Part shown: piece by piece, positions 29,266 through 43,368 of the stretch | How positions within the stretch are numbered: position 1 is the first letter of the stretch | Layout: every line of letters begins with the position of its first letter | Assembly (NCBI GenBank): GCA_951406725.2 | Contig: OX597834.1 | Span: 44,826,001-44,890,000 of the forward strand | DNA length: 64,000 nucleotides | Source of the DNA: Octopus vulgaris | Taxonomy: Eukaryota | Reading direction: 5' to 3' | The notes under the pieces: generated by a model | The model's database searches: none | Told to the model about the DNA's origin: nothing | What the model saw: the letters and a program-made list of their open reading frames with translations, nothing else | Translations under genes and position numbers: made by a program

Positions 29266-29564
29266 GATAGATAGATAGATAGATAAATAGGTAGATATAT
29301 ATATATACTCATACACACGCACACATACATACATATATATACACACACAGACTAACACACACACAGAGGGAAGGAGAAGAAAGGTTATGACAGTGACGGG
29401 AAGCGACCCAAGAGCACAAACCTGTCTCTATCTGTTCACAATAGCTTCTTGTCAAAATATATATATACAAAATGTTGTATAGACAACACACTGTCATGTC
29501 ATTAAGATTCTTATTCTGATTCCGATTATTATTGTTATTATTATTATCATTATTATTATTATTA

Positions 29565-29637
<73 letters not shown>

Positions 29638-29995
29638 CATTATTATTATTATGCTTTTGATACTTTTCTTGTAAAAAATATACCCCAAATCTTCTTAGAA
29701 AACGAAAGCAGTATACAAATATATGAATGCATAAAATTAAATAAAACAAGATATAAATTATTAAAACAATAAATAAAGGAGAACAACAGACAAATGATGT
29801 ATTCGTATCTGGAAGCGTAACATAATTGGTTCTCTGCAATTATATCCATACATACGTACGTATATACCCCTGTCGATGTCTCACCTAGAGTTCATCTTCT
29901 CTCCTTCTACCTCTCACTCTCTCCCTTAGACTGTCTGACTCTGTCTACTTCTCTCTTGTTTCAGAGTTTCAGATGAATGCTTGCATATATGTGTA

Positions 29996-30060
<65 letters not shown>

Positions 30061-30249
30061 ATATGTATATATATATATATATATACATATACACACATCC
30101 ATACATTTGCATTTATATCCATCAATGATATATATATATATACATAGATATGTATATAAATATGTATACACATATTCATATATGAAGTCACACAAACAAC
30201 ACACGTATATGCATGCACGTATATATATATTTATGTATGCATGTATGGG

Positions 30250-30290
<41 letters not shown>

Positions 30291-30345
30291 GCATATACAT
30301 AAAGAGAGAAAAAGAAATGAGAAAGGAGAGAGGCAACGTTAGAGA

Positions 30346-30394
<49 letters not shown>

Positions 30395-31272
30395 GTATAC
30401 GCACACGCACATGTACATATATTTGTGGAAGCGTATAAATGCACATACACATATACCAACGTATTACACATGCACACACAATCGAGACACAATATGTCGT
30501 AAATCAGTTTTTCAAAATATTTACAATCCTCCATACAATGCTAAAACACCGAAGTCGCCACCGCCATCAGCAATACAATCACCACCACCACCACCACCAC
30601 CTTCAGTATCACCACTAGCGCACCTCCGCCACCACCTCAATCATCAACATCACAAACCAGCTCCACTCTTACGATGGATACTGTGACCATCTCCCCCGTA
30701 ACCCCTTCTGCTGTACTATCCCCTATAATACTAAGACTAACACCAAACATATCCACCACCATCTTCTTCATCCTCTCCTCCATCACCAATACCTTCTCCA
30801 TCACCTGTACACTTTCTACTCTAGCTACCACGAACACCGCCGCCATTACTACCATCTTCGACAAAAAAGTAACCATCACCACCACCTCCACCGCTTCCAC
30901 CAATAACAGAAACAACAACAGAAAGCAACCAACAACAATGGCAAGATGAATATATGTAAACAAAGATGTTTATTCGGCAAAATTATTTTAGAACGAAAAG
31001 AATACTAAAAAAAACGTAATATAAAAACAGCCAAAAATGAAAAAGAAAGTTCCAATTAAGAGCTAAGTCTTTCGTTTTGTGTCGTTACTCCAAAATAGTT
31101 TCTGTTTTAAAATAGATTTTTCAAATGAAAGGTAAAAATTTGATTGAAGTTTTGTGCACGTATTTCTTATACATATACAGGCTTACATAGATATACATAC
31201 ATGTATGCACATATATGTCTGTGTGTGCATTTCTATATATATACATCTATGCGTATATATATACATCTATGC

Positions 31273-31312
<40 letters not shown>

Positions 31313-31581
31313 ACACATACACATATATATATATATATACACAAACAAACACACATGCATGTACGTACATAGTTTGTTCACATTTTCCCTACGTACTTGC
31401 TAAATACACGCATACATATGTCTGTATAATTGTGTGCGTCGACGTGCATGTATATGTGCGCACGTGTATTTGTGTGTATATATGTGCATGTTTCTGCTTG
31501 TGTATGTATGTGTACATTTGCATTCGCACATTGCTTACATTTTCCTTAGAGACATACATATACACATATCTCTACATACAG

Positions 31582-31630
<49 letters not shown>

Positions 31631-32050
31631 TGCACATTTTAATATTTGCATTTATATACATTGTATGTGTGTGAATATATATATATATACCTTGACATAT
31701 ACATACACAGACAAGCAAAAACATATACATGTGTGTGCGTGAGTGTGTGTGTGTGTGTTATTTTTTTGTGTGCGTGTGTGTGTGGTTGTATGTGTAATAC
31801 AGACAGCTCTGTGCTTGGTACAACTGTGAATAGAATCAACTCGAACGAATTAGAGAACAGGAAGAATATCGCCCTCTCAAACGAAAGAAAAACACAAAGC
31901 AAAGATAAAAACATAACATAAAAACATTGATAAATAATAATTAAGATTCCACTATTTTCATTTTTTGTTTGAAGTTAAAAGAAGCGAATATAGAAAAGGA
32001 AAACAGCCCAATAAATTATATATATGTGTGTGCATGTATATGTATATATA

Positions 32051-32096
<46 letters not shown>

Positions 32097-32691
32097 GACA
32101 AATACAAGGTAAAAAATTTATGAAAGAAACCGGCACACATGAATTTTGTTTTATTGTTCGTCGGAAGTTTTATAAATAAAGAAATATGTTTCGGCGAAAA
32201 TAAATCGTAATTGTTAAAAACTGGAGAACGGTAGATTGGTAGTATGGAAGATTTTCTTAGTCGCCTTCCTAAATATTGCACAGAAAAGTTTGTACTTGGT
32301 GACAGAAGCAAATCAGAGGTTATATTTTACAATGCAGTAAAATCAATTAATCGAATAATCTTTTTATTTCAAGCCTACCGGCCCATCATCGGGTGTAAAC
32401 AATCACAGAATTATCGCCCGTTCATGGTTGTGCGGTGCAGAGCATAAACAAAATGGCGTCCTTGTTGCTAGTTCCTTTTCTGCGTTGTACGAAGCCGCTC
32501 TTGTGTTTTTTTTACTTATTTTATCACAATGCTTCAAATATTCTATCGTGCTGTTCATAGATGTTTTAATATTGTGGTTGTCTGCCATATATAAGGATCT
32601 ATCAACGGTAGATCATAAAGAGAACAACTGTCACATACATATACACAAACATATAAAATCTCATATACGTACATATATAAATATATATATA

Positions 32692-32743
<52 letters not shown>

Positions 32744-32859
32744 TGTGTGTATGTACGTATATAAAAATACACATATATAAATGTATATACTTCAGATGCT
32801 TTTGCGAAGCTTGCTTGCAAGTAGTAAACTTCTTAAAAAGCTGAAAGAAAGAATTTTTA

Positions 32860-33615
32860 TGACCTATCCACAAAAGTGGATGTGGAACAGAGGTCAAAAT
32901 CCATTGGCCAACATCTCTGACCTCACATATCAGTAAAGTTATGGATCGAATCATCAGAAAGATGTTGATAATATTCCTAGAGGAAAATGACCTACTGAAC
33001 AATAAGACAGCATGGCTTCCTTCTAGGAAGAAGCTGCCTCACATAGCACCATGATTGGGTTTCGAAACAGTAGCGTGACCATTGAGATGTCAGGTTGATA
33101 TACCTTGACTTAGCAAAAGCATTTGATAAGGTAGATCATGGCATGAAATATCATAAGCTACGAGATCTCGGCATTACTGGTAATCTGGGTGAGTGGCGGC
33201 ATGATTTACTTAAAGGCAGGAGTCAGGTAGTGGCAGGCAATGGTGCCCTTTCTGAGGAAAATAAAATCTTAAGTGGCATCGCCCAGGGAACTGTTCTTGG
33301 GCCATTACTCTCCATAATAGCCCTCTTAGACATGCCTACTATCAATCGGACAGCCACTGCCGATGATACAAAATTATCACAGGAAATATAAAAAAACGAA
33401 GATGACGGTGCATGCTTACAGAGGGACCTGAATTCGATATACAAATGGGCCGAGATAAACAATGAGAAATATGCAAAACTCTAGAAGGATTAAAAGCTCA
33501 TTTCGGCACAGCGTGTTATACAAATGCCAGAACTGGCCGCCATTGTATTATACCAAAGATACCATCCACTCCATCAAAATTCAAGACCAGATACTGCAAT
33601 AGTCTAGGGTTCAGT
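32860..33615 (+). mobile_element. CR1/L2-group LINE reverse transcriptase remnant
   Basis: SLTSHISKVMDRII..NRQHGF..GRSCLT; IYLDLAKAFDKVDHG..SGIAQGTVLGPLL..ADDTKL..LQRDLNSIYKWA; stops and deletions. Confidence 0.9.
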
Positions 33616-34110
33616 TTGGATTGTTTTGCATCACTGCTTCTTTATATTCCTTTGTCCCAGCTGTTGGCGCATTCGGTATATAAGAGTGTTGAATCCACTC
33701 CCCTGGTCTGTGCCTCATGTCGGGCTGTTTGTCCATCCGATCTTATGGAGCGGAAGATATCCAGTTTCTTTTTGAAGACATCTACTTCCACCTTATGCAG
33801 ATTTCCAAATTTTTGTGGTGAGACATTGAAGAGCTGCGTGCCTTTGAACCCCAAGCTATTGCAATAACCGATCCTGAATTTAAATGAAGTTGATGGTGCT
33901 TTTCTTACAGTACAATGGCGTCCAGATCTTCTATTTTTATTACACCCATTGCCCAAATTAGGTCAAGTCCCTCTAGAGTTTTCCATATGTAGATTATTGC
34001 ATATCAATCACATTTTGACATCTGCGAGGAAAACTGCAGTTTTTTCAGTCTCTCTCAGTACCTCACCCGCTGCGCTGTTTCAATCTTCTTAGGTGTAGTG
34101 GCGTTGGACT
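33616..34110 (-). mobile_element. 3' end of a related CR1/L2-group LINE in opposite orientation
   Basis: GRHCTVRK..FRIGYCNSLGFKGTQLFNVSPQKFGNL..VDVFKKKLDIF; the CNSLGF segment is also present on the plus strand at ~33595-33613. Confidence 0.8.
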
Positions 34111-34286
34111 GCTTCAAGCTCCGCTGTTAGTTTGGCACTATGTGGTGACTATATCTGGGAAAAGTAGTCCAGATGACTGAGAACAAAAGTTCTCCATATG
34201 TATATAAATACCATACGCTATATATATTATATATATTATATATTTGTATATATATATGTAATGTATGTATGTGTTTATGTATATAT

Positions 34287-34590
34287 ATAGCCCCAGGCCG
34301 ACCAATGCCTTGTGAGTGGATTTGGTAGACGGAAACTGAAAGAAGCCTGTCGTATATATGTATATATATATGTGTGTGTGTGTGTTTGTGTGTGTTTGTC
34401 CCCCTAGCATTGCTTGACAATCGATGCTGGTGTGTTTACGTCCCCGTCACTTAGCGGTTCGGCAAAAGAGACCGATAGAATAAGTACTGGGCTTACAAAG
34501 AATAAGTCCTGGGGTCGATTTGCTCGACTAAAGGCGGTGCTCCAGCATGGCCGCAGTCAAATGACTGAAACAAGTAATAGAGTAAAAGAG
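34287..34590 (+). mobile_element. SINE family A, 5'-truncated, with full tail
   Basis: Near-identical to 815-990; tail AAGGCGGTGCTCCAGCATGGCCGCAGTCAAATGACTGAAACAAGTAA. Confidence 0.85.
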
Positions 34591-35085
34591 TATATATATA
34601 TATATATATATGTATATATAAGTATGCATTTATGTACATGTGTACGTATATGTATATATCACTGTGAGTGTCAATATACAAATATAGGCTTCTTCCTTTG
34701 TATTTATGTACATGTGTATGTATGTATGCATGCATGGATGTATGTTTTAGGTGTGCATTGCTGGGATAGCGACAGCCGACAGAAAGGGAAGCTAAATTTG
34801 AACACAAAATATTAAGACGGTAATTAGCCTACATACACATAGACACGTGTGAGTGTGAGAGAGAGAGATAGACTGTGTGCGTATGTGTGTGTGTGCGTTT
34901 GTGTTTGTGTGTGTGAGTGAGTGCGTGTGTGCGTGCATATATGCGTTATAACAATAATCAATACCTTAATATAATAATATAACTTATGAAAAGAAGTGGA
35001 ACCTCACAATTAAAAAAGATTAATTTGTGCCTTTCACAGTATATAATTACATATATACATAAAATACATACATACATATATATAC

Positions 35086-35176
<91 letters not shown>

Positions 35177-35350
35177 CATGTGTATATATATGCATACGTA
35201 CATATATATGTATATATTTATATATATACATTTATATATATTGATATAGATGTATTTACTTAGGTATATTTATATGTACATATGTAAAAAAAATATATAT
35301 ATATAAGTATATATGATATATATATATCTTAAATTTTATACGCATTCTCG

Positions 35351-35412
<62 letters not shown>

Positions 35413-35605
35413 CACATACAAGCACAAGGAGACGAACATACTTACGTATGTGCGTCGTTGAAAATAAATCTGTTATAGCCTTAACATATATTAGGCATAA
35501 TAATTTAATTGAACCGTAATGTAATTACTCAAATAATCTTCTGAAGATACACACATGCACACACATATATAACTACATATACATATACATACATACATAC
35601 ATACA

Positions 35606-35699
<94 letters not shown>

Positions 35700-35904
35700 T
35701 GTGTTTGTAGTATGTATAACAATGACTTATGAAATATGAAGGGCATTTTAAAAAATATAATGTATTTCTTTTATTTTTTTGTTATTTTCAAATTGTGATT
35801 TCACGACACTTTGATTAAGGGAAACGCACCATGCTATGCACTATAAGAAAACATCTAGAAATGGAAGCTACCATGTTAGATTCTGGAACGACCGTCAATA
35901 TACA

Positions 35905-35962
<58 letters not shown>

Positions 35963-36269
35963 CATATATTTGTATATTCTCATATGCACACGTACACACA
36001 CAGAGTAAACCAAAAGGAATTACTTCCAAGATTTATTTATGTTTAACAACTGAATGAATTTAATAAAAGCTTCTAAATATAAGACACCATATAAATTATT
36101 CAAACTGAAGTCCTTCTAGGCCAACACATTTTTTCCATACGAGTCAATACAGAATTAGAAATAGCGTTACTGGAATTTTAATTTTATTTTTGGGTGATTT
36201 TTGGCCAAACCAGTACATATATGTATATAATATATATATGTATATATATATATGGAGAGAGCGAGAGAG

Positions 36270-36311
<42 letters not shown>

Positions 36312-36341
36312 GTAGATAGATAAAAATGCATAGATAGATCA

Positions 36342-36373
<32 letters not shown>

Positions 36374-36418
36374 ACATACACACATACATATATGCCTATA
36401 CATATATATACGTATATA

Positions 36419-36449
<31 letters not shown>

Positions 36450-36547
36450 GTCGGTCCCGGGTTGAGTCGGGGTTAACCACAGTAAATGAGGTACTCAATA
36501 CATAGCAGAGTATGAATGAAACAGTTCTAGTCCTGTAGAAGCTCCTT

Positions 36548-36552
<5 letters not shown>
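36450..36552. mobile_element. Second copy of the 10678-10946 element with the palindrome centre deleted
   Basis: CCCGGGTTGAGTCGGGGTTAA..GGTACTCAATACATAGCAGAGTA joined directly to TGAATGAAACAGTTCTAGTCCTGTAGAAGCTCCTTCTATA. Confidence 0.8.
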
Positions 36553-36601
<49 letters not shown>

Positions 36602-36602
36602 T

Positions 36603-36808
36603 ATTTCTTTACTAACCACAAGAGGCTAAACATAGAGGGGACAAACAAGGACATACAAAGGGATTAAGAAACTGGTACTTTATTTATCGGCACCGAAAGG
36701 ATGAAAGACAAAGTCGATCTCGGCGGAATTTGAACTCAGAACGTAACGACAGGCAAAATACTGCTAAACATTTCGCCCGGCGTGCCAACGCTTCTGCCAG
36801 CTCACCTT
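36603..36808 (-). mobile_element. SINE family B, 5' monomer
   Basis: Reverse complement AAGGTGAGCTGGCAGAAGCGTTGGCACGCCGGGCGAAATG..GTTCTGAGTTCAAATTCCGCCGAG. Confidence 0.8.
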
Positions 36809-37044
36809 ATATACATTTCTTCGCATGTCCACTCCACCTACGCTCACAAACGCTCACACACGCATATGGGCAACATTCGACAATTTCTTGAAAATGGGGT
36901 CATAGCCCCGAAATATTGAATACAAGGTAATTCTGCATTAATTCACATATTTGTCTTGTGATTTATCTTGCATTTACTTCGCATTGTTTTGGCCTTACCC
37001 ACGATCTTTTATTATTATTATCATTATTATTATTATTATTATTA

Positions 37045-37151
<107 letters not shown>

Positions 37152-38281
37152 ATCAACAAGGTGATGTGCAAGCAAAATTATTAGCACGCCGGATAAAATG
37201 ATTAGCGGTAATTCGTCCGTCTCCAAGTTCAGACCTGAAACCTCACCGAAGACGACTTTCCTTTTCATCGTTTCAGGCTCCGTAAAAGAAGTACCTGGTG
37301 TCCACTGGGGGTCGTCTTTCGCCCTCAAACTGCAAGTATTTTGCCAACATTTGAAACTATTATTACCAACACCAGCATCACTATCACCACCATCACCAAC
37401 TCCACCACCACCACCACCACCACCATCATCATCATTATCCTCGTTCTCCTCCTCTTCCTCCTCCTCCTCCTCCTCATCATCATCATCACCACCACCACCA
37501 CCATCATCACCATCATCACCATCATCATTCTGTTTTGCCAAAAGAGAGTTTTTCTAGCAAATTTTTTAGTATTTTGCAGCGGCACCACCTCCTTACATTT
37601 AAACTATTCTAAAGAATTAAAACGGTTTTCATTGTTTTCTCACAGTCGATATCACGAAGTTATTTTCAGTTACATCGAAATATCACGAAAACCTCTCGAA
37701 ACCTCTTGAAAACTTCTTGAAAATATTTCCATCAGATCAGTTGCCGAAAAATCTATTCTTTAAAGTCCTACGAAGAAACGTGAAGACGTATCTATAATAT
37801 AGACAAAAAGTGTATGTGTGTATGTATGTATGCATATATGCATGTATATATGTATGTATATATCTATCTATCTATCTATCTAATTTAACCTGTTCTCTTT
37901 CTCTCATTCTACCTGTTAAACACACATACGTACGTGCGCGCACGCACACATGTGTATGTGCGTGTGTCCGTGCATTTACGTTTATTTAAATGATGCTACA
38001 TACACACACACAAACCTCCACACACATATATGTTTATATATGTGTTTGTCTATGTATTTCAATTCATATATGTATGGGTGTATTCACATAGCGTTATGTG
38101 TGTGTAGAAACATATATATATCTATCTATCTCTCTCTCTATATATATATACATATATATATACACATATATATACATACATATATACATATATAAATACA
38201 TATAAATACAAATATATATATGTATATACATATATATTTATATATATATACAGACGTATATATATATATATATATATATGC

Positions 38282-38313
<32 letters not shown>

Positions 38314-39092
38314 GCATATATATATATCATGTGTATATGTTATGTCCTATTGTCACTCTAGGTGTTTACCCTCTGCTTTTCTCTCCCCCTTTCTTTCAAT
38401 CTCACCCTTGTTTCTCTCTCTCCCTCTCCCTGTTTAGTTTTCTGTGTATATGTGTGCGTGTGTGGATGTGTGTGTGTGTGTGTGTGCATATATGTATATA
38501 GTTTTTTTTATGCATATACAAATCTGTATACAAGCGCAGAACACATAGTGTTATACAGAAAGAAGAAAAAGGTAGAAGGCAACCAATGTATCTATGAAAT
38601 ATATGAATATTGCGAGGGGGGGCAGGAAAGCACCACCGCCGACAAAGACAACATCCCTGCCACCAATACCACCAGCGCCATCAACATCAACCAGAATCAC
38701 AAAACAACAACAATGGGAACAAAAACTGCTCAGAACAACACAGATACCATATAAATATCACCTTAGTATTTCAGACATTGCCATAACAAACAGCCATCAA
38801 TCAGTTTGACCAAAATGTTCTCACAGAATTCTTTATACTAATGCATCGGAACAACGATGGTTCTCTTGTTTGGCTTCATATTTTGTAGTGAATGTAACAA
38901 ATGAAATAGTATAGAGCAGGCAGGTGGGTGTATAAGGTTTCGTTGGTATCCATCAAGGCAGACTGTTTATTAAGCATCAATGGTAGCAGGCAGCAAAACG
39001 GATGTTACCATGCAGAGTGTCTGTGAAAGAATGTATATATTATTGAGAAAGAAGAAGAGTGAGGGAGAGGCAGGCATGAGATAAAAGATTAT

Positions 39093-39161
<69 letters not shown>

Positions 39162-39227
39162 AATATATATATACATGTATGTATATTCCATTGTCTCGAC
39201 CACGGTCGAACAATGATGATGATGATG

Positions 39228-39278
<51 letters not shown>

Positions 39279-39450
39279 TTATATATATGTATTTATATAT
39301 AAAGGAAAAATATGTATTGGAATATAGAGAGAATGATGGAGACGTGTTTGGGAAGAGAATGCAGAGGTAATTCCGAGAGAGAAAGAGAAGGGGAGAAACG
39401 AGCGGATAAAGAAAAAACGAATGGGCGTTAGGGGTCAGAAAGATGAACAG

Positions 39451-39524
<74 letters not shown>

Positions 39525-39526
39525 AC

Positions 39527-39562
<36 letters not shown>

Positions 39563-39866
39563 TCACAGATGGAGAGAGAGAGAGAGAAAGTGGACCAGAC
39601 AAATGGGAGAAATTAGTTAAAATAGAGAGTGAGAGAAAAGGAGAGATCAAGATACAGTGTGTATATATTTGTAAATAACGTGTGTGCGTGAATGCGTGAG
39701 TGTGTGTGAGTTTGTGTGTGTGTGTAGAAAGGGAGAGAAATGAAAAATGATATGAAAACAAAGAATGGATGGGCCACGTGACAATATGGCAATAAATAAA
39801 CTGTACTCACAAATTGGCATACGTTTATGCAATACAAAAGAATGTATACACCTACATACAAACATA

Positions 39867-40030
39867 GGCACAGGAGTGGCTTTGTGTTAAGAAGTTCGTT
39901 TCCCAACCACATGATTCAGGTTTCAGTCCCACTGCGTGGTACCATCGGTAGGTGCACTCTATTATAGCGGACGAAATACTGCTAAGCATTTCGCCCGGCG
40001 TGCTAACGTCTCAGTCAGCTCGCCACCTTT
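39867..40030. mobile_element. SINE A head (+) abutting SINE B head (-)
   Basis: GGCACAGGAGTGGCTTTGTG.. followed by GACGAAATACTGCTAAGCATTTCGCCCGGCGTGCTAACG..AGCTCGCC. Confidence 0.7.
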
Positions 40031-40171
40031 CTGAAGAGAAAATATTGAGAGCTGGCCGTGGAGTTCGAAGTCACTTCTTTAAACACACTACATACATACA
40101 TACATACATACATACATACATACGTGTGTGTGAGTGTATATGTGCGTGTATTTCTGCTTGTATGTATGCAT

Positions 40172-40221
<50 letters not shown>

Positions 40222-42331
40222 TAATGTATTACATTCTTCAGATTTTTCAATATGCTAGACCACTGGTTTTAAATTGATATTAATCAAATTAATATTCAAT
40301 TTTTCATCCTTTTTATATATATATATATATGTGTGTGTATGTGTGCCTCTGTGTGTGTGTGTGTACGTGTGTATGTATATATATATATGTGTGTTTGTGT
40401 GTGTATATGTGTGTGGCAATAGCGCGTTGCACTACTTGTGTTTATAATGATGGAAAGTATTTTCCAGTATTGATCAGGTGTAGGGAAATATATAAATCCA
40501 ATTTATTTCAGACATAAGTTGCAATAATATATATATCACTAATAAATTGTGGCTTTAATAGTTTGTAAGAGAAACTCTATTCAAATATAAGTATTATATC
40601 ATATGTATATATGGTTGTTGGCTGTAGAAAATATATTGAAATAGTGACTAATTTTTGTTTTACTACTTCACAATATTTGAAAATACTAAATACATATGTT
40701 AATATAGCAGTTAATTGCTATAAAATATATGAAAATAGTAACCAAATAAGTAAATACATATACAATACAATATAGTTGTATCTTTTCTATCTTACTATAA
40801 ATGAAAACTTTTGTCGTCAGAACCTGCAAGTCTTGAATCTCCTCCACCAAGGTATTCTCGTCCGCTCATCTTTCCTCTATTCATCAGCCTAGTAGTGTCA
40901 AACCCCATTGGACACCAAACTAACCACGATGTCCATTCCATCCACCTCTCAACATTGAACCACTGGAATCTTCGTGAACATATTAGTCCTGCAGGTTTTG
41001 ACAGACAACATTTTAAATATAAAAAAAGGCATGAATCTTATCTCACTGGTATGAGAAGGTATTAGATACGGAGGCCTTATCCTTCAGAGGAAATAAAAAA
41101 AAATATATATATATGTATAATATTGGCAACGCTTGTTGATATGGTAGTTTCTACTGCAAATTATACTCAAAGACTGGTCAGATATCGCATCACTGATTTC
41201 CTTTCGGTTTGGTTTCATTTGGAAATGCTTACGTGATTCACTATTAGGTCAAACACCATAACTGATTATGTAATTGTATGAATGAGTGTATGTTTGTTTG
41301 TTGAGTCTTTGTGCATCTGTGTGTGTGTGGGTGTGTGTGTGGGTGTGTGTGTAAGGGTTGTGTGATGCGCAACTAATACGCAAGCTATTATTCTAACATA
41401 ATATATGATAATTGAATATAGAAAGAACAGGTGATACACACTACTTGTTACGAAGCTTTCAACGAAACTCTACACTTAGTTCTCTTTTCATTGGAAACAA
41501 AAAGAAAACCAGAAAACCAAACCAAGTCAAACCAAACGAAGTAGAATGAGAAAAGAAATCAGCATCGCAGGAACTGAAGAATTTCTTTATTTCCAAACAC
41601 ATTATCCAAATATCAATACAGATGGAACTTTTGTTTCTTTACTCGCTTTTCGTATTGGTTGTGTTCTTTTTCCTTTTCTCTTTTTATTTTGCTTTTCAAT
41701 ACTTCTACGAACAGCATGATGGGAAAATATGCTTGCAGACGACTAGGCTTTCATTAACAGAAGAAAAAAATATATAAAGTAGAAAAAGAGAAAAGAAATT
41801 CAGGAGTGAATGGCTCATGTGTTTTAAAGTAAAAGTGAGAAGTAAAAATGCGTCAGTTACATAATGGAAGAACAATAAACATTTTAAAGAAATATTTTTT
41901 CCCCGGAGATTCTGAGAGGGAAGAAGAGAACTAAGAAAATCACCAACTAAAACAAAACAAAAAATAAATGACAACAGAAACAAAACGAAAATCATTTAGA
42001 CATGGATTAGTAAAGGTCTTTTTGTTTGCAAACGACAAGAAAAGTACTCAAAATATAAGATAGGGTATGTACATTTTATTAGAAGATGAAGCTTGTAGAA
42101 TCATAATTTTGATCTGAGTTTCACGTGGTCGATTATTCAAACGATCGTTGAAAGAATCTGCCCACTGAAACCAGAGATGCAATCCGAGAAACTTCATACA
42201 TTTAACTTTATTTAGGTCTGTATCTACGAATCTATGTCTGTCTACCAGTCTCTCTATCTATCTGTCTTTCTCTCTCTCTTTCTCTTTCTCTCTCTCTCTC
42301 TCTCTCCCTCTCTCTCTTTCTCTCTCTCTCT

Positions 42332-42553
42332 CACCCAGGAGAGAAGACAAAGAGACAAAATGTCTGTTTGTCTTTTCTCTCGGTGCTGTATGAACATTTA
42401 AGGTGGTTTTAGAGTCACGTTTTGACTACTATTTCGAGCGTGGAGGTATCTCTTAGATACCCTAAATTATAATCTTAAATAATTATTACTTTTGAAAGGT
42501 TTTCATTCCCTTGCTGGCCACCTGACAAGATCGGTATTTTAAATATCGAACTT
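42332..42553. repeat. Second copy of the 2703-3030 hairpin element
   Basis: 42386-42553 is the reverse complement of ~2705-2873; it has its own ~54-bp palindrome at 42332-42385. Confidence 0.75.
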
Positions 42554-43368
42554 CTTTCTCTCCCCCCTCTCTCTCTCAGACAGACAGACTTATCTTTCTC
42601 ACTATCATCTGTCATCTTCCTCTCATTCTTTATCGCTGTGTATATGTGTATATATATGCGTGTTTTTGTGTGTGTGTGTGTGTGTGTGTAGCTTTGTAAA
42701 ATCCGAAGTTCATTAATGTTCCAAGTATAGAAATGCACTTAGTTCACATCTAATGATTTGTGTTTTTCATAAAATAAAACAAAGTTCCATTTTACATATT
42801 ATAAGCATTCATTAGTATTAAACTTGAAATTTTATTTTTTCTTTCAATTTTGGCAACGTTCCTGAAATAGGCCGGGTTCAAACTCCAATTGTTGAGACAT
42901 GGAGCCTGGTGAATTATAATAATGTGAAGAATACTGACATATATGTTAATGTGAACGGAGCTGGCTGCATCTCTGTCTCGCATACTGGCATTATTTTTAT
43001 ACATCAAAGAGAGAAAAGATGGAGTATAGAACATTATATATCATTTAAACGAACACTGTCTCCCCACAGAAAACAATGACTCACTCACCAAGAACAACAA
43101 TATATCTAACGTCTCCGCAATGCGTACATGAACATAAAGAGACACATGCACACACAACATTATTGCGTGATTGCAATATTTATTGAGGATTCAATAAGAA
43201 AATAAGTATTCTTGAAAATAATGATTGCAATAATTTCGGAATTTTTTTCTATCTTTGCCTTGTTCATGTCAATTTTTCTTTGTTCCAGATTGCAGCCATA
43301 AATTACTCTGGCCGTGGAATGCTTTCATATATCAGGAGATGAGAAATGTGCCTAAGCACGCGGTTCAT

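Noticed and set aside
35730-36215. Possible mariner TIR and terminal fragments (also 57560-57860)
   Set aside because: Too decayed to delimit or assign confidently.
40870-40895. CTGATGA-ATAGAG-GAAA on the minus strand (similar chance hits at ~19227 and 45645)
   Set aside because: No stem II, stem III or NUH site; expected by chance.
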